From IMG/VR virus record IMGVR_UViG_3300046370_000202: a DNA stretch of 64,000 bases; one strand, written 5' to 3'. Positions 1 to 10,296 of this stretch are shown one piece after another. The position numbers were made by a program, and so were the translations under genes. The stretch is from a virus. Position 1 is the first letter of the stretch; every line of letters starts with the position of its first letter. The notes below the pieces were generated by a model. It did no database searches, was not told the origin of the DNA, and was given only the letters and a program-made list of their open reading frames with translations.

Positions 1-1401
1 TAACATTTCTGCGACAGGAATTCTTTGTTGTACTCGTACATCCATGCGCGAGTTTAGAATCGCAGGTGATAGGTTATCAATCTCTGTTAGTAGATTTGAA
101 CGACGGAAGATAGCGTTAAAAGTTGACATCTCCGATCGCACATAAGTATTAATTAATGCCTTAACATCTGTCTCTAAACTTTGTGATTTAGTTACCTTTA
201 GGGCATCTAAATTGAATGTTGTGTTTATTTCTAGATAGGTTTTTTGTGGTTTTATAAATTCCAAATCAATCGACATGATTGATAAGTTAGAAGTCAGTTC
301 TTGTCGTATTTTTGTTTGTTCATTTTCAATAACATTTTCATCTACATCATCAATAAAATTAAGACTAACGAAAACTTTACCATACTCTGGGGGAGTGTTA
401 TCATTACCGCCCCAAGCAACAACATCACGAATGTAGGAAGAATACTTTGCTTGAATAAGAGCTTGATAGTCATCAGCAGTAACAAGACGATTTTGTGCAG
501 TATATGCACGAGGAGCATTCATCTTAATAGAAGAAATGCTTTCTTTACCAGAACCTCCTGCAGAAAAACTTACGGTATCAACCTTAACCGTATATCCAAG
601 TTCACCAAAGTCATTTAAAGTAAATGTCTTCGCACCATTTCCGGCCGCACCTTTAGTGGATACATACGAAACATCAATCATATTACCCTGAATAGGTCTT
701 TTGCCTAAGATATTACCATCACTGAATAATATATCATAATATCCATTAGGCGTTTCATTCACCATATAGACTTTAGAATCATCATTAATAGTGACGACAG
801 TCTGTAAATCTTGATATGCGGACGAAGTGGTTGAGGTTGAGTTATCGCGTACATTTACAGATAAAGTGGACGTATCTATTTTTTCGTCCATTATAACATA
901 ACTCACATCTACTGAATTATTTGCCGCGAAAGTACGCGTGTTCATTTTTCCTTCAGCAATGTGTAAATCTTCAAATGTAAACTTGCCGTCTTTAATACTA
1001 GCTGTTCTAGATTCTAATGTATAGAAGGTATATCCAACATCATCAATAAATGTTAGGAATTCAGTTCCTCTCAATAAACTAAAAGTTGATGGTGAGTTTG
1101 GAATTGTTATCTCAACATTTATTGTTGCTCGGGCAGAGGTGCGTGACTTTACAGAATATCCTAATGCCTCGGCATGAGAAATAACAGACTGTCTTATTTG
1201 AGAAGTGGTTAAAAAAGATTCGTTGATTGCAAGGTTAGCTGTAATTGCATTAATGTGTGTATTATAAGCAAGTACATCTAAAATATTAGACAGTCCACTC
1301 GCATTAAAATCATAATCCTCAAACTCAGAATTTGATCTCAAATGAGTTTTTAGTTTAGACTTAATATCATTAAAATCTAGTTTAGATGTATTGATTGTCA
1401 T
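1..1401 (-). CDS. gp6: Baseplate wedge subunit gp6 (runs off the left edge)
   Basis: Not in the ORF track. ATG at 1401 gives MTINTSKLDFNDIKSKLKTHLRSNSEFEDYDFNASGLSNILDVLAYNTH, the typical T4 gp6 N-terminus; later APRAYTAQNRLVTADDYQAL. Directly follows gp25. Confidence 0.93.
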   Translation of the reverse strand, partial: MTINTSKLDFNDIKSKLKTHLRSNSEFEDYDFNASGLSNILDVLAYNTHINAITANLAINESFLTTSQIRQSVISHAEALGYSVKSRTSARATINVEITIPNSPSTFSLLRGTEFLTFIDDVGYTFYTLESRTASIKDGKFTFEDLHIAEGKMNTRTFAANNSVDVSYVIMDEKIDTSTLSVNVRDNSTSTTSSAYQDLQTVVTINDDSKVYMVNETPNGYYDILFSDGNILGKRPIQGNMIDVSYVSTKGAAGNGAKTFTLNDFGELGYTVKVDTVSFSAGGSGKESISSIKMNAPRAYTAQNRLVTADDYQALIQAKYSSYIRDVVAWGGNDNTPPEYGKVFVSLNFIDDVDENVIENEQTKIRQELTSNLSIMSIDLEFIKPQKTYLEINTTFNLDALKVTKSQSLETDVKALINTYVRSEMSTFNAIFRRSNLLTEIDNLSPAILNSRMDVRVQQRIPVAEML

Positions 1402-1844
1402 TATCTTGACCTTGAAATAGTTAAATTCATAGTGACGACTTTTGGAGTATTAACGACCGCAAATATCAACTGTATGCTTAAAGTGTAATTGTTCTCGTTA
1501 AATGTTGCATTGACTTCACGAACTTTTGCACGAGGTTCATAATTATTAATAGTTCTTCTTATAGTATCTTCAAGTTCTTCTTCTGAAAATTCGGTAGACA
1601 ATGAAAACAACAAACTTTCTAAACCACCGCCAAATTCTGGTCTAAATGGAACAGACCCGCGTTCAGTCAAAAGAAGATTTTTAACAGACTGACGTACTGC
1701 TGATGCACTTGTTTTTTTATAGATGTCTTTGGTTGTAGGCTTAACCACGAAAGTGCAATCAATATCCGAATACTCACGGTCAATAGATACCGTGATCGGT
1801 TTATTCTGCAGATTTCCATCTTGTACTGAAAATACGTTTGGCAT
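1401..1844 (-). CDS. gp25: Baseplate wedge subunit gp25
   Basis: YSDID...AVRQSVKNLLLTERGSVPFRPEFGGGL...NYEPRAKV motif; synteny with gp6. Confidence 0.92.
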   Translation of the reverse strand: MPNVFSVQDGNLQNKPITVSIDREYSDIDCTFVVKPTTKDIYKKTSASAVRQSVKNLLLTERGSVPFRPEFGGGLESLLFSLSTEFSEEELEDTIRRTINNYEPRAKVREVNATFNENNYTLSIQLIFAVVNTPKVVTMNLTISRSR

Positions 1845-1868
1845 TACATTAAACTCTTTTCTTTGTAT

Positions 1869-3710
1869 TTATACAGGAAGTTCTACATCAAATGAAGTTG
1901 GTATGCCAATCAACGGTAAAACATCACAAAGTGTCAAAGTGAGTAAGTCCATTAACTTTCCTAAACCAATTGCATCAAGGAACTTCTTAATCTTCTTCAA
2001 CCATATGTTGAACAGTTCCTTCTCCCAGTTCGCAGCAAAGTCACGTGCAGCCTTGATCAAGTTGTCAATGTCTTTCTCTGCTGTCTTTACTGTCTCTTCT
2101 ATTTCGCCACCTATAATATCAAGCAAAGACATGCCAAATAATGACACACCTTCAAGGTGATCAATGATCATACTGTATGCCTCTGCCTGCAAATCAAAGT
2201 TCTTTATTCTATCCTCGGCGTTTTTAAGTTCCTGTTCAAACTCCTTCTTTAAGTTGTCTACGTCAGCTTCTAGGTCGTCAATCTCTTGTTGAATCAGTTG
2301 GTCCATATTCTCTATGTCCGACTGCACCTGTTCTACTTCAGCGATAGCGTCCGTCTTAAACTGTTCTGCTTTCTGTTTAGCGATCTCAATTTGTGCCTTG
2401 ATAAATGACTCAACGTCAAAGTTCAATAAATCAATTAACGAAGGTAGACCTAACGCATCCCATATCTCTTTGAACTTGCCAATTAGTGCACCGAAGGCTC
2501 CGTGTAAAGCATTGGTGCAGAACTTGACAATTTCGGTCTTGATGTATTGCCATGTAAGTTTAGCTTTCCATTCGTTGCAGACAACACCAAACTCGCCATT
2601 GAACTGTTGGTACTCCGGCGGCAATAAGGAGAAGAACTGATCAATGATCGCATTCTTCTCTTCGTCTAGTTGATTCAACACAGAATCATATGCGTCTTGT
2701 TCCAGTTTACCACTTTCAAAGTCCGCTTTTAGTTGATCTATCTTTGCAGTGTATTCTCCGGTCATACCTGAGATTTGAGAGACAATGCGATTCTGTTCTT
2801 CTTCTTCAAGTATCTTTAATACGTTAATTGATATACCAAGGACAGGTACACTGAAGTTAATAGGAATGACTTTTGAGATCATCTCTAACATCTTGGCAGG
2901 AATAAAGATATGGAACTCTTGTATCAACTCATTCCATGCGTCGTCAGCTTCCTTCTGCCAGTTTCGGACCTGACCCTTCTTCCAATACGGTGATAGAATG
3001 TCGGCGATCAAATCCATGATCTCTTCTACCTGATCAATGATGCCTTGTAACTGTTCTGTTATCTGCGCAATCTCGCCTTCAATCTGAGATTCTATTTCTG
3101 CTTGTATGTCAAAGTTCCGTACGTCAGAGTCTAAGTCTTCTACCTTCGCTCGCGCCTCTGCTTCTAGTCGCGTCTTCTCGGCCTTTACCTCTGCCTTGAT
3201 GTCCGGCAATGAATCAATGTAGACCTGTAGTTTACTTGGTATCTGCGCAAGTTTATTGAACTCGTTAACGATATCGGCGCGGGTAGGTAGAGTGTTACCA
3301 TCACACGGTATTTGTATGCCACCGATCGCAGGCAATGCGAGAGCGGGTAATGCAATACCAGCCAAAGACAAACCACCCGAAGCGAGTTTGCTAAGGAAGT
3401 CTGCGTCCTCTTTCTTAAGAGCGGGAAGGGTAGAATTAGGAACAGGTCTGATATTGAGTGTAGGGAGTTCTACCTCTACTATCGGTTCAGGTTCCGGTTG
3501 TGGTTCCGGTTCAGGTTCTGGCTCCGGTTGTGGTTCTGGCGTCTGCGCGGACCATAAGAGTTGATCACCCAACCGAATTTCAATGATTGGTTCATCACCT
3601 AAAAACGCAACATAAGTTGACCATACCAGTTCATCACCCAGGCGGACTTCGACGATCGGTTGATCGCCAAGTAGAACGTTGTGATTGTCCGACCCGTTAA
3701 TGACTGGCAT
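1869..3710 (-). CDS. Hypothetical virion protein, 613 aa; duplicated N-terminal LGDxPIxExRLGDxLxWS motif, PE linker, coiled-coil body
   Basis: ORF track; located in the baseplate module. Confidence 0.6.
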   Translation of the reverse strand: MPVINGSDNHNVLLGDQPIVEVRLGDELVWSTYVAFLGDEPIIEIRLGDQLLWSAQTPEPQPEPEPEPEPQPEPEPIVEVELPTLNIRPVPNSTLPALKKEDADFLSKLASGGLSLAGIALPALALPAIGGIQIPCDGNTLPTRADIVNEFNKLAQIPSKLQVYIDSLPDIKAEVKAEKTRLEAEARAKVEDLDSDVRNFDIQAEIESQIEGEIAQITEQLQGIIDQVEEIMDLIADILSPYWKKGQVRNWQKEADDAWNELIQEFHIFIPAKMLEMISKVIPINFSVPVLGISINVLKILEEEEQNRIVSQISGMTGEYTAKIDQLKADFESGKLEQDAYDSVLNQLDEEKNAIIDQFFSLLPPEYQQFNGEFGVVCNEWKAKLTWQYIKTEIVKFCTNALHGAFGALIGKFKEIWDALGLPSLIDLLNFDVESFIKAQIEIAKQKAEQFKTDAIAEVEQVQSDIENMDQLIQQEIDDLEADVDNLKKEFEQELKNAEDRIKNFDLQAEAYSMIIDHLEGVSLFGMSLLDIIGGEIEETVKTAEKDIDNLIKAARDFAANWEKELFNIWLKKIKKFLDAIGLGKLMDLLTLTLCDVLPLIGIPTSFDVELPV

Positions 3711-3722
3711 AGGTGATGCCTA

Positions 3723-5024
3723 TTACCCTGTGATAAAGTACAGTGTATCTGGATCTGGTGTCAATGCAGAATATTGGCTTTGGGTACCCGTCCATAGTTT
3801 AACAGGATTCCCCGAACTGTTTTGATTGTCTAACACTCCACTTGATGCAGCCAGTTCTGAAAGTATGGTTGTCTCTTGAGCTGTCGCACGATTAACCTCT
3901 GACGTGATTTGTGTCTGTAGATCGCTAACAACAGTGTCGTGTCCATCTATGCGAGAAACCGACGCATCTAACTCTCCGTGAAGTTCATTAACAGCATCAA
4001 CATTGTTCTGTGCAGTGGTGTTAAAAGAACCTGTACCAACCTTGGATTGGTTTTGGGTTACGGCAGTCTCTAGGTCTGTAGTGCGAACTTCTACCGCAAC
4101 GATATCAGTCTCTGCAGTCGTCAACCGGCCGGAGTTGTTGGTGATGACCTGTTGTAGATCACTGTCAGCATTTTCAAATGCGGAAACTATTTCCTGAATC
4201 GTATCCAGAGTCTCTGGAGATGATCCAATGATTGTATCAACTCGACCTGTTACGACATCAACGTCAGTACGTAGACCGGACTCGATACCTTCTGCACGAT
4301 TCTTTTCAGTAACAACAGCAGCGGCGTTAACACCTTCTGCGGCAGTTGCACGAGAGATCTCTGCAGTCAACTGTGACTGTAAATCACTTACGTCGTTGTT
4401 CACTAAGTTCTGTAGAGCAAGGATGTCCGAATCCGCATCAAAAATATCAAATGCGTTTTGATCTATATCTGTACGTAGACCCGCCTCGATAGCCGTTGCA
4501 CGAGTGTTTTCTGCGACGATTGCGTCTGCGTTAATGCCTTCATTAGTGGTTGCACGAAAAATCTCTGCGTCTAACTGAGACTGTAGGTCACTTACATCTG
4601 TACCCACGGAGTTCTGTAGAGAGAGAATGTCAGAGTCGTTTGCGGTGACTTGTGATTGTACACTATCTACATCCGTACGTAACCCAGACTCTATCGCCGT
4701 GGCGCGAGCAATCTCTGCATCTATGTTACTCTGCAGAACAGTATCTGCAGCATCACGATCGGATGTTTCGGTCGCGAGAATGCCATCAGCATAAGTCTTG
4801 GCCGCCAACTCTGCAGCGTCTGCCTTAGTGGTTGCGTCTGCACTCGCATCTGCAAGCACCGCATCATCAGCTGTAGAGAACTCATTACGAATTGCAGCAT
4901 CTACGGTTTCAAAATTAGAGTTAATTTTGTCAAATGCCGGTAGCATGGGTTCAATCACGGTACCGTCAATCTGTACTACATTTAATCCATCATCGGAATC
5001 TAGTTGTTGTATATTGTCTGTCAT
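3723..5024 (-). CDS. Coiled-coil tail fibre-like protein
   Basis: Repeated LQSQLxAEIxRATxxE heptad segments; C-terminal LWTGTQSQYSALTPDPDTLYFI motif typical of phage minor tail proteins. Confidence 0.65.
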   Translation of the reverse strand: MTDNIQQLDSDDGLNVVQIDGTVIEPMLPAFDKINSNFETVDAAIRNEFSTADDAVLADASADATTKADAAELAAKTYADGILATETSDRDAADTVLQSNIDAEIARATAIESGLRTDVDSVQSQVTANDSDILSLQNSVGTDVSDLQSQLDAEIFRATTNEGINADAIVAENTRATAIEAGLRTDIDQNAFDIFDADSDILALQNLVNNDVSDLQSQLTAEISRATAAEGVNAAAVVTEKNRAEGIESGLRTDVDVVTGRVDTIIGSSPETLDTIQEIVSAFENADSDLQQVITNNSGRLTTAETDIVAVEVRTTDLETAVTQNQSKVGTGSFNTTAQNNVDAVNELHGELDASVSRIDGHDTVVSDLQTQITSEVNRATAQETTILSELAASSGVLDNQNSSGNPVKLWTGTQSQYSALTPDPDTLYFITG

Positions 5025-5031
5025 AATCTAC

Positions 5032-5721
5032 CTATGAATTAAGTTTAATTGTGTCGCCTCTAAGAGTTACACTGGGGGCGGATACGTCAATAGAAACTGC
5101 AGATGTGACCTTAACATCTTCTTTTACAGAGATCAGCGCATTACCAGTGACGTTGATCTTAACGTTACCAGTCACATTCACTTCGTCATGACCAGCGACT
5201 ACAGTGTACTTGTCGCCCAAAACAACGAGGCGTTCATCTTTTACTACTAAAGTTGTTCTATCACCTTCTTTAAATATTTCGTAGTTAGTGCCCGACCTAT
5301 GTTGTTCGCGGATACGTTCTTTACCTTCGGTGTCGTCATACTCTTTGAAGTGGCCACGTTCAGTCTCATACACTTTATTGAGGGGATAGTTCTCTTTCGC
5401 CTTCTCGTTTGTGTCACCTTCTTTTGGTACTGCACCAATCACCATCGGTAACTGAGAGTTCTGTCCATCCAAGAAGATACCGAAAACCTGAGTACCCACT
5501 AACATGCCTAGGTTCTGTCCTTTACCTTCGTGGATACCTGTAGTAACGGGCACAACTATCTGGGCCCAAGGTAGGTCTTCGTCTTTGATATTGTCATACA
5601 CGCCAAACGCACGTACCTGTGCGCGACCCAACTGCAAAGGATCGTCAGCTACGTTAATGACCTCTCCAATAAACCAGCGGGTCTGGTCACCATAATAATC
5701 TATAAAGGTCTGAGGTATCAT
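5032..5721 (-). CDS. gp5: Baseplate hub/spike gp5, short form without lysozyme domain
   Basis: WFIGEVINVADDPLQLGRAQVRAFG...LPWA (OB fold), YPLNKVYETERGHFKEYDDT...ERIREQHRSG, then beta-helix repeats. Confidence 0.9.
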   Translation of the reverse strand: MIPQTFIDYYGDQTRWFIGEVINVADDPLQLGRAQVRAFGVYDNIKDEDLPWAQIVVPVTTGIHEGKGQNLGMLVGTQVFGIFLDGQNSQLPMVIGAVPKEGDTNEKAKENYPLNKVYETERGHFKEYDDTEGKERIREQHRSGTNYEIFKEGDRTTLVVKDERLVVLGDKYTVVAGHDEVNVTGNVKINVTGNALISVKEDVKVTSAVSIDVSAPSVTLRGDTIKLNS

Positions 5722-7157
5722 GTGATATCACCATTTGATAATTTAACACCAGAAAATGTTAGTGTATATTCACGTGGAGTGAATGAATGTTTACAGGCAA
5801 ATATAAGATAGTCGCCAGATTTCTTTTTATCAAACCGATCTGTAGGATCTCCGACCTTGGTATTACGTAAAACTTTTACTCTTAACTTATTTCCTATGGT
5901 TACATTATAATCACCGTATAAGAAATCTACCCCATGAACGATGAAGGCGACAGGGTCTGTCGTCAACAATCTAGAAAATGTACGTGAACGTTCATTCAAT
6001 CTATAGTCGCCAGTTTCTGTTTCTTCGGATATAGATTTCTTATCATCGAAAACCTTTGAACTGCCTACTCGTGTAATTTTTCTTGAGTTGATAGTTGAAG
6101 TTGACCAATCATATCGATACTTATCATATATTGGCAATCTTCCCTTTTCAACAATGCCGTCTTCTTCGAGTGTCTCGATTACGTCAGTCTCAATATCAAA
6201 AAGAAACCTATTAAATTTCTTCTTGTACTTTTGTTCTAAAGAAGTACCCTCTCCTAGAGCTTCTAAAGAAGTAACCTCTTCTAGAGCTTCTAAAGAAGTA
6301 ACCTCTTCTAGAGAAGTATCTTCTTCTTCTTTTATTTTTTTTATCGTATCAATATACTGATATTCCGATCCTAAAAGTCCCTTGTCAATTAAATTATACA
6401 TGTCATAACTATCTTTAGACTGCATAGCCATAATCACTCTACGTCTATCGCCCGCTGATGGAGACCCTATCTGAGATTCATAATACGTATATTCTCTTCC
6501 CTTTTTTGGGTTCATCACGGGAGCCGTCAAAAGACTCTGTAAATCAACGAAGTTTAAATTCTCATCTATTAAAGTAGAATAGAGATAGAAAGGATATCCC
6601 TTTACTGTAGTGGTTCTATTTTTAATCCAACACATTGCATCAATGGGCGTTAGGTTGGGGACGATGACTTTTATACTCTGTTGATCTTTGTCTATTGGTC
6701 TATTTACTTCCATATCAAAAAACTCAGAAGATATATCCTCAATAATAGAGGAAGGCTTACCGCTATAACACCTGTTCAAGTTGATCAAATTAGATAAAAA
6801 TCCGATGTCTTCTATTAGGTGTATAGCAAAAAATTCTTCGTTGTCAGAAACTTTGTTTGATGATGAAATTTTATCAATATAGAAAACCTTTTCGACAGGA
6901 ACAGCATTCTCCATATTTGACTGTAGTACAATTGTTATTTTCTCGCCGCCGCTTATATTCAAAACACCAACAACGTCCTGAATATCTACAAAACCAAGCA
7001 GAGCTGTAACATACGGTTTATCTAGATGTTCAAATACATCTAGGTCAGTGACAACACCAGATATGTCCACCTTTTCAGAATGTTGACTATGAATAAAAAC
7101 AGATTTTATTGACACCGAATCAACAGATTCGGGCGGTGACGGATTTACCTCGCTCAT
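5718..7157 (-). CDS. Baseplate hub/tail protein (gp27-like position)
   Basis: Lies between gp53 and gp5; C-terminal DKKKSGDYLIFACKHSF motif of marine T4-like hub proteins. Confidence 0.65.
   Translation of the reverse strand: MSEVNPSPPESVDSVSIKSVFIHSQHSEKVDISGVVTDLDVFEHLDKPYVTALLGFVDIQDVVGVLNISGGEKITIVLQSNMENAVPVEKVFYIDKISSSNKVSDNEEFFAIHLIEDIGFLSNLINLNRCYSGKPSSIIEDISSEFFDMEVNRPIDKDQQSIKVIVPNLTPIDAMCWIKNRTTTVKGYPFYLYSTLIDENLNFVDLQSLLTAPVMNPKKGREYTYYESQIGSPSAGDRRRVIMAMQSKDSYDMYNLIDKGLLGSEYQYIDTIKKIKEEEDTSLEEVTSLEALEEVTSLEALGEGTSLEQKYKKKFNRFLFDIETDVIETLEEDGIVEKGRLPIYDKYRYDWSTSTINSRKITRVGSSKVFDDKKSISEETETGDYRLNERSRTFSRLLTTDPVAFIVHGVDFLYGDYNVTIGNKLRVKVLRNTKVGDPTDRFDKKKSGDYLIFACKHSFTPREYTLTFSGVKLSNGDIT
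6234..6314. repeat. 27-bp tandem repeat x3 (in-frame, ALEEVTSLE)
   Basis: Unit ttctaaagaagtaacctcttctagagc at 6234, 6261 and 6288. Confidence 0.9.
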
Positions 7158-7891
7158 TGTGTACTAATAGCCTCTCTGAATAATTGAACAACCCTGTTCA
7201 TTGCAGTTGGTTTTATTACAACGATTTGTCGTAAGTCCTCATTTTTTTGATTATAAAAATCTAAATTGGTAACCTCAACATAAGTTAGTTGGTCTGGTAA
7301 GTCAGACTTGTTTCTGTACAACTCATCCTCATGTAAATAGTGGTGAGCTGATAGGTATTGAAGTTCTACCGATGTTAATTGAACGGAATCAACAAACCCT
7401 TGAACGTTGACAATGTCGGTTGACTTAAAAGAAGTTACACTAGTTGTTTCTATAACAAGTTGTTTTAAATCTAGGTCATATGATATGAGTTTTCCCGTAG
7501 CACCAGAGGGATTTCCGTCGGCCGACTGTGAAGCGACAACCGTCGATCCAACGACAAATGTTGAAGGTATAATATCCTCAGTAGACAATGTTATGTACGG
7601 GAAATCCTTTTTTGCTTTATTTACGATTTCAATATGATCAAGTGGCCATCCCTTTTCGCGAAGATGGTCGTTCATCATAAAAAATGTCCAGTGTAACAAC
7701 GGGTTGTCATATAATTCATATGAAACATTATCCGATCTATCGCCGTTACGAATGTAGTAGTTTTTATAAAAAGAACTGTTTGTTTTTATTTCATCTAATA
7801 TTTCAGCATATACCGAGATATTTTGTATGGCCGCTCTTTCTCCATTCGCGAATGTATATACAGATGAAGGAAACCTTTGAAAGTATGACAT
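7154..7891 (-). CDS. gp53: Baseplate wedge subunit gp53
   Basis: MSYFQRFP...YYIRNGDRSDNVSYELYDNPLLHWTFFMMN...WP, LysM-like gp53 pattern; C-terminal NEDLRQIVVIKP. Confidence 0.88.
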   Translation of the reverse strand: MSYFQRFPSSVYTFANGERAAIQNISVYAEILDEIKTNSSFYKNYYIRNGDRSDNVSYELYDNPLLHWTFFMMNDHLREKGWPLDHIEIVNKAKKDFPYITLSTEDIIPSTFVVGSTVVASQSADGNPSGATGKLISYDLDLKQLVIETTSVTSFKSTDIVNVQGFVDSVQLTSVELQYLSAHHYLHEDELYRNKSDLPDQLTYVEVTNLDFYNQKNEDLRQIVVIKPTAMNRVVQLFREAISTQ

Positions 7892-9111
7892 TAATAATTA
7901 TTCCTTATATCCGTGCGAGATAATGTGACCTCTTCTACAAAGTTAAGTGTCAAATCAATTTCGACTGGTTGACCATCTGTATGAAAAGACATTGATGTTG
8001 GATTATAATTTGTGGATATTGATCGTAAAAAACAATCTTTTATTTTAGATCCAATTCTTTTATTTGAAGGTTCATGTTTCACTTCAATTCCAAACATGTC
8101 GGGATACTTGTATCCAGCACTTATCCCACCAGCTTGTATTACTTCTGGGTAGGAAAATTCTCTGAAATTACGAATAATCTTCTCAACGGTTTTAGATTCT
8201 TTTTGAGATCTGGCAATAAATTTAAAAGTAAAAGAAAATTCTCGCAAAGCAACCCCACGGAAGGCACTTCTAATATTAGGGTTGACAGTAACAGCTCCGG
8301 AGATCTGTGCAGCTGCACCCAACTCAGTCCCTAAGACCGGAACCTTACCTGCGAGTTGCGACACACCCAACCTAGCAGCATCTCCTGCAAGTTGTCCAGT
8401 AACTAAATCAACAAAAGTTGATGCTCCTTTCGAGAGAGCATCTATCACCTGACCACCGTTACTCATAACGGCCGCTGATGCTGCACCAATCTGTCCAAGT
8501 TCTGGCGTAGCAATATTAAATGAATCGTTCTGTTGAAACGAAATCGGCAGATACAATTTAATTTTAGGAACACCCTTTCTTGGTTCTATAAGTTTTTCTG
8601 TATAAACAGCGCCTGTGTCGGGCTCGCCGGCGCCGGTCGAATTGTCTGAACTATTGACTGTAGCCCTTGCGTTTTCTTCCGCTTCAGTTATAGCTTGTTC
8701 TTGTGACTTCCCATCATTTTCAGATGGGTCATAGTCTGCGCTATTAGCTGACTGAAGTTTCTTATTAGCCTCTCTATAGTCAATAGACGGTAAGTATTTT
8801 TCTATAACATCACTAAATTTGTCCACGAGACCAAACCCACTTAAACTAGCTCCCTTTACTTCCATCAAAGTAAAGGTTACACTAGCTCCATAGTAACGAG
8901 TTTCTTCTTCTAAAGGATACTTAAGATTTTCAGGTTCTTTAGGAGTTTCGTCATCCTTTTCTACTTCCTCTGTAGATTCTTCTTTTATTCTACTCGAGAG
9001 GGTAGACTCTTCTAATTCGCTGGTATCCGTAATCGTTAAAGGAGGCTCGGTAGTTTCTGTGGGCGATATTACTCTACCCGAACTAACTACAACATTTGGA
9101 TCATCTGCCAT
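7891..9111 (-). CDS. gp48: Baseplate tail tube cap gp48
   Basis: LKYP...IKLYLP...VNPNIRSAFRGVALREFSFTFKFIARSQKES...YPDMF...SISTNYNP. Start moved to MADDP (9111), downstream of a late promoter. Confidence 0.85.
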   Translation of the reverse strand: MADDPNVVVSSGRVISPTETTEPPLTITDTSELEESTLSSRIKEESTEEVEKDDETPKEPENLKYPLEEETRYYGASVTFTLMEVKGASLSGFGLVDKFSDVIEKYLPSIDYREANKKLQSANSADYDPSENDGKSQEQAITEAEENARATVNSSDNSTGAGEPDTGAVYTEKLIEPRKGVPKIKLYLPISFQQNDSFNIATPELGQIGAASAAVMSNGGQVIDALSKGASTFVDLVTGQLAGDAARLGVSQLAGKVPVLGTELGAAAQISGAVTVNPNIRSAFRGVALREFSFTFKFIARSQKESKTVEKIIRNFREFSYPEVIQAGGISAGYKYPDMFGIEVKHEPSNKRIGSKIKDCFLRSISTNYNPTSMSFHTDGQPVEIDLTLNFVEEVTLSRTDIRNNY

Positions 9112-9128
9112 GATGTGTAACCTATGTC

Positions 9129-9154
9129 TATAAATATGATTTAAGTATTTATAC
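9129..9154. promoter_or_regulatory. Oppositely oriented T4-type late promoters (TATAAATA on + at about 9129, on - at about 9147)
   Basis: TATAAATA and TATTTATA between the divergent gp48 and gp4 genes. The same octamer precedes many late genes (about 1867, 9671, 14831, 21978, 27404, 35801, 39326, 50051, 51703, 59311, 60399, 63063). Confidence 0.8.
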
Positions 9155-9165
9155 ACGATTTTCAA

Positions 9166-9675
9166 ATGAAGACCTACAAAGGAAGATACAAACCAAAGAA
9201 CGCATCCAAGTATGTGGGTGACGCGAACAATGTCGTGTATCGTTCTATGTGGGAACGACACGTCATGAAATGGTGTGATGATAGTTCTGACGTTGAACAG
9301 TGGATGTCCGAAGAGTTGGTCATCCCCTACATCTGCGAGACCGACAATAAGCCTCACCGATATTATATGGACTTCGTCATTCAGTACAAGTCTGGTCGTG
9401 TTGTACTAGTCGAGGTTAAACCCCACAAACAAACAATGCGTCCCGAACGTAAGCAAGGGAAATCCAGAAACACCTTACTAAACGAGGGGATGACTTACAT
9501 AAAGAACCAATCCAAGTGGAAGGCCGCAAAGCAATATGCAGACGACCGTGGGTACCACTTTGAGATTTGGACAGAGAACGAACTCACCGCTATGGGTATT
9601 ATGCCTAAGCCATTACGATCCAAGAAACCAATCAAGAAATTGCCTCCGTTCAGAAAAAAGAAAAAACGCGTATAA
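9166..9675 (+). CDS. gp4: Head completion nuclease gp4
   Basis: YKGRYKPKNASKYVGDANNVVYRSMWER...WMSEELVIPY...HRYYMDF...EVKP...NQSKWKAA. Confidence 0.92.
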   Translation: MKTYKGRYKPKNASKYVGDANNVVYRSMWERHVMKWCDDSSDVEQWMSEELVIPYICETDNKPHRYYMDFVIQYKSGRVVLVEVKPHKQTMRPERKQGKSRNTLLNEGMTYIKNQSKWKAAKQYADDRGYHFEIWTENELTAMGIMPKPLRSKKPIKKLPPFRKKKKRV

Positions 9676-9705
9676 ATACAGTTAAGAATTTTTACGGAAG
9701 CGCAC

Positions 9706-10296
9706 ATGTCTAACATATTTCAGAACCTAGAACTGCAGGCGTTTCGTGCTGGGATCACTCCGCGTACCAAGGAGTCCCGTGAGTGGTTCAGAAAGAAGAT
9801 CAAAAGTCTTAAAAGTATTAATCGCGAATCCTTGATGAAAGAGGATCCGCTGAAGCAAACAGGCAGAGAGATCATAGGTAGCATGTATATGTTCTTCTAC
9901 GACCCGAAGCACAAAGAGACTTTGCCGTTCTACGACACGTTTCCATTAGTTGTCGTTGTTGGTCCAGCTGAAGGTGGGTTCTATGGTTTGAACCTACACT
10001 ACCTTCCACCCATCTTACGTGCGAAGATGTTGGATGCGTTGATGGACATCACAACAAATAATAAGTTTAACGACTCAACTCGATTCAAGATGTCGTATGA
10101 ACTGTTGGCGAAGACGGCAAAATTAAAGTATTTCAAACCGTGTTTCAAACACTACTTGAACGAACATGTACAGAGTAAGTTCGCGATGGTACCCGCACCA
10201 GAGTGGGAGATCGCAACATTCTTACCGACAGCTAAGTTCGAGAAGGCAAGTATAAACGCAGTCTATAAAGACTCCAGACAGAAGATAACAGACTAA
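9706..10296 (+). CDS. gp2: DNA end protector protein gp2
   Basis: GSMYMFFYDPKHKETLPFYDTFPL...GLNLHYLPP...KPCFKHYL. Confidence 0.92.
   Translation: MSNIFQNLELQAFRAGITPRTKESREWFRKKIKSLKSINRESLMKEDPLKQTGREIIGSMYMFFYDPKHKETLPFYDTFPLVVVVGPAEGGFYGLNLHYLPPILRAKMLDALMDITTNNKFNDSTRFKMSYELLAKTAKLKYFKPCFKHYLNEHVQSKFAMVPAPEWEIATFLPTAKFEKASINAVYKDSRQKITD

Noticed and set aside
301-618. Plus-strand 105-aa ORF, and the many other antisense ORFs in the track
   Set aside because: They lie opposite well-supported genes (here gp6), lack SD sites and motifs, and are shadow frames.
9112-9357. N-terminal extension of gp48 in the ORF track
   Set aside because: Overlaps gp4 on the other strand and lies upstream of the late promoter; MADDP at 9111 is the plausible start.
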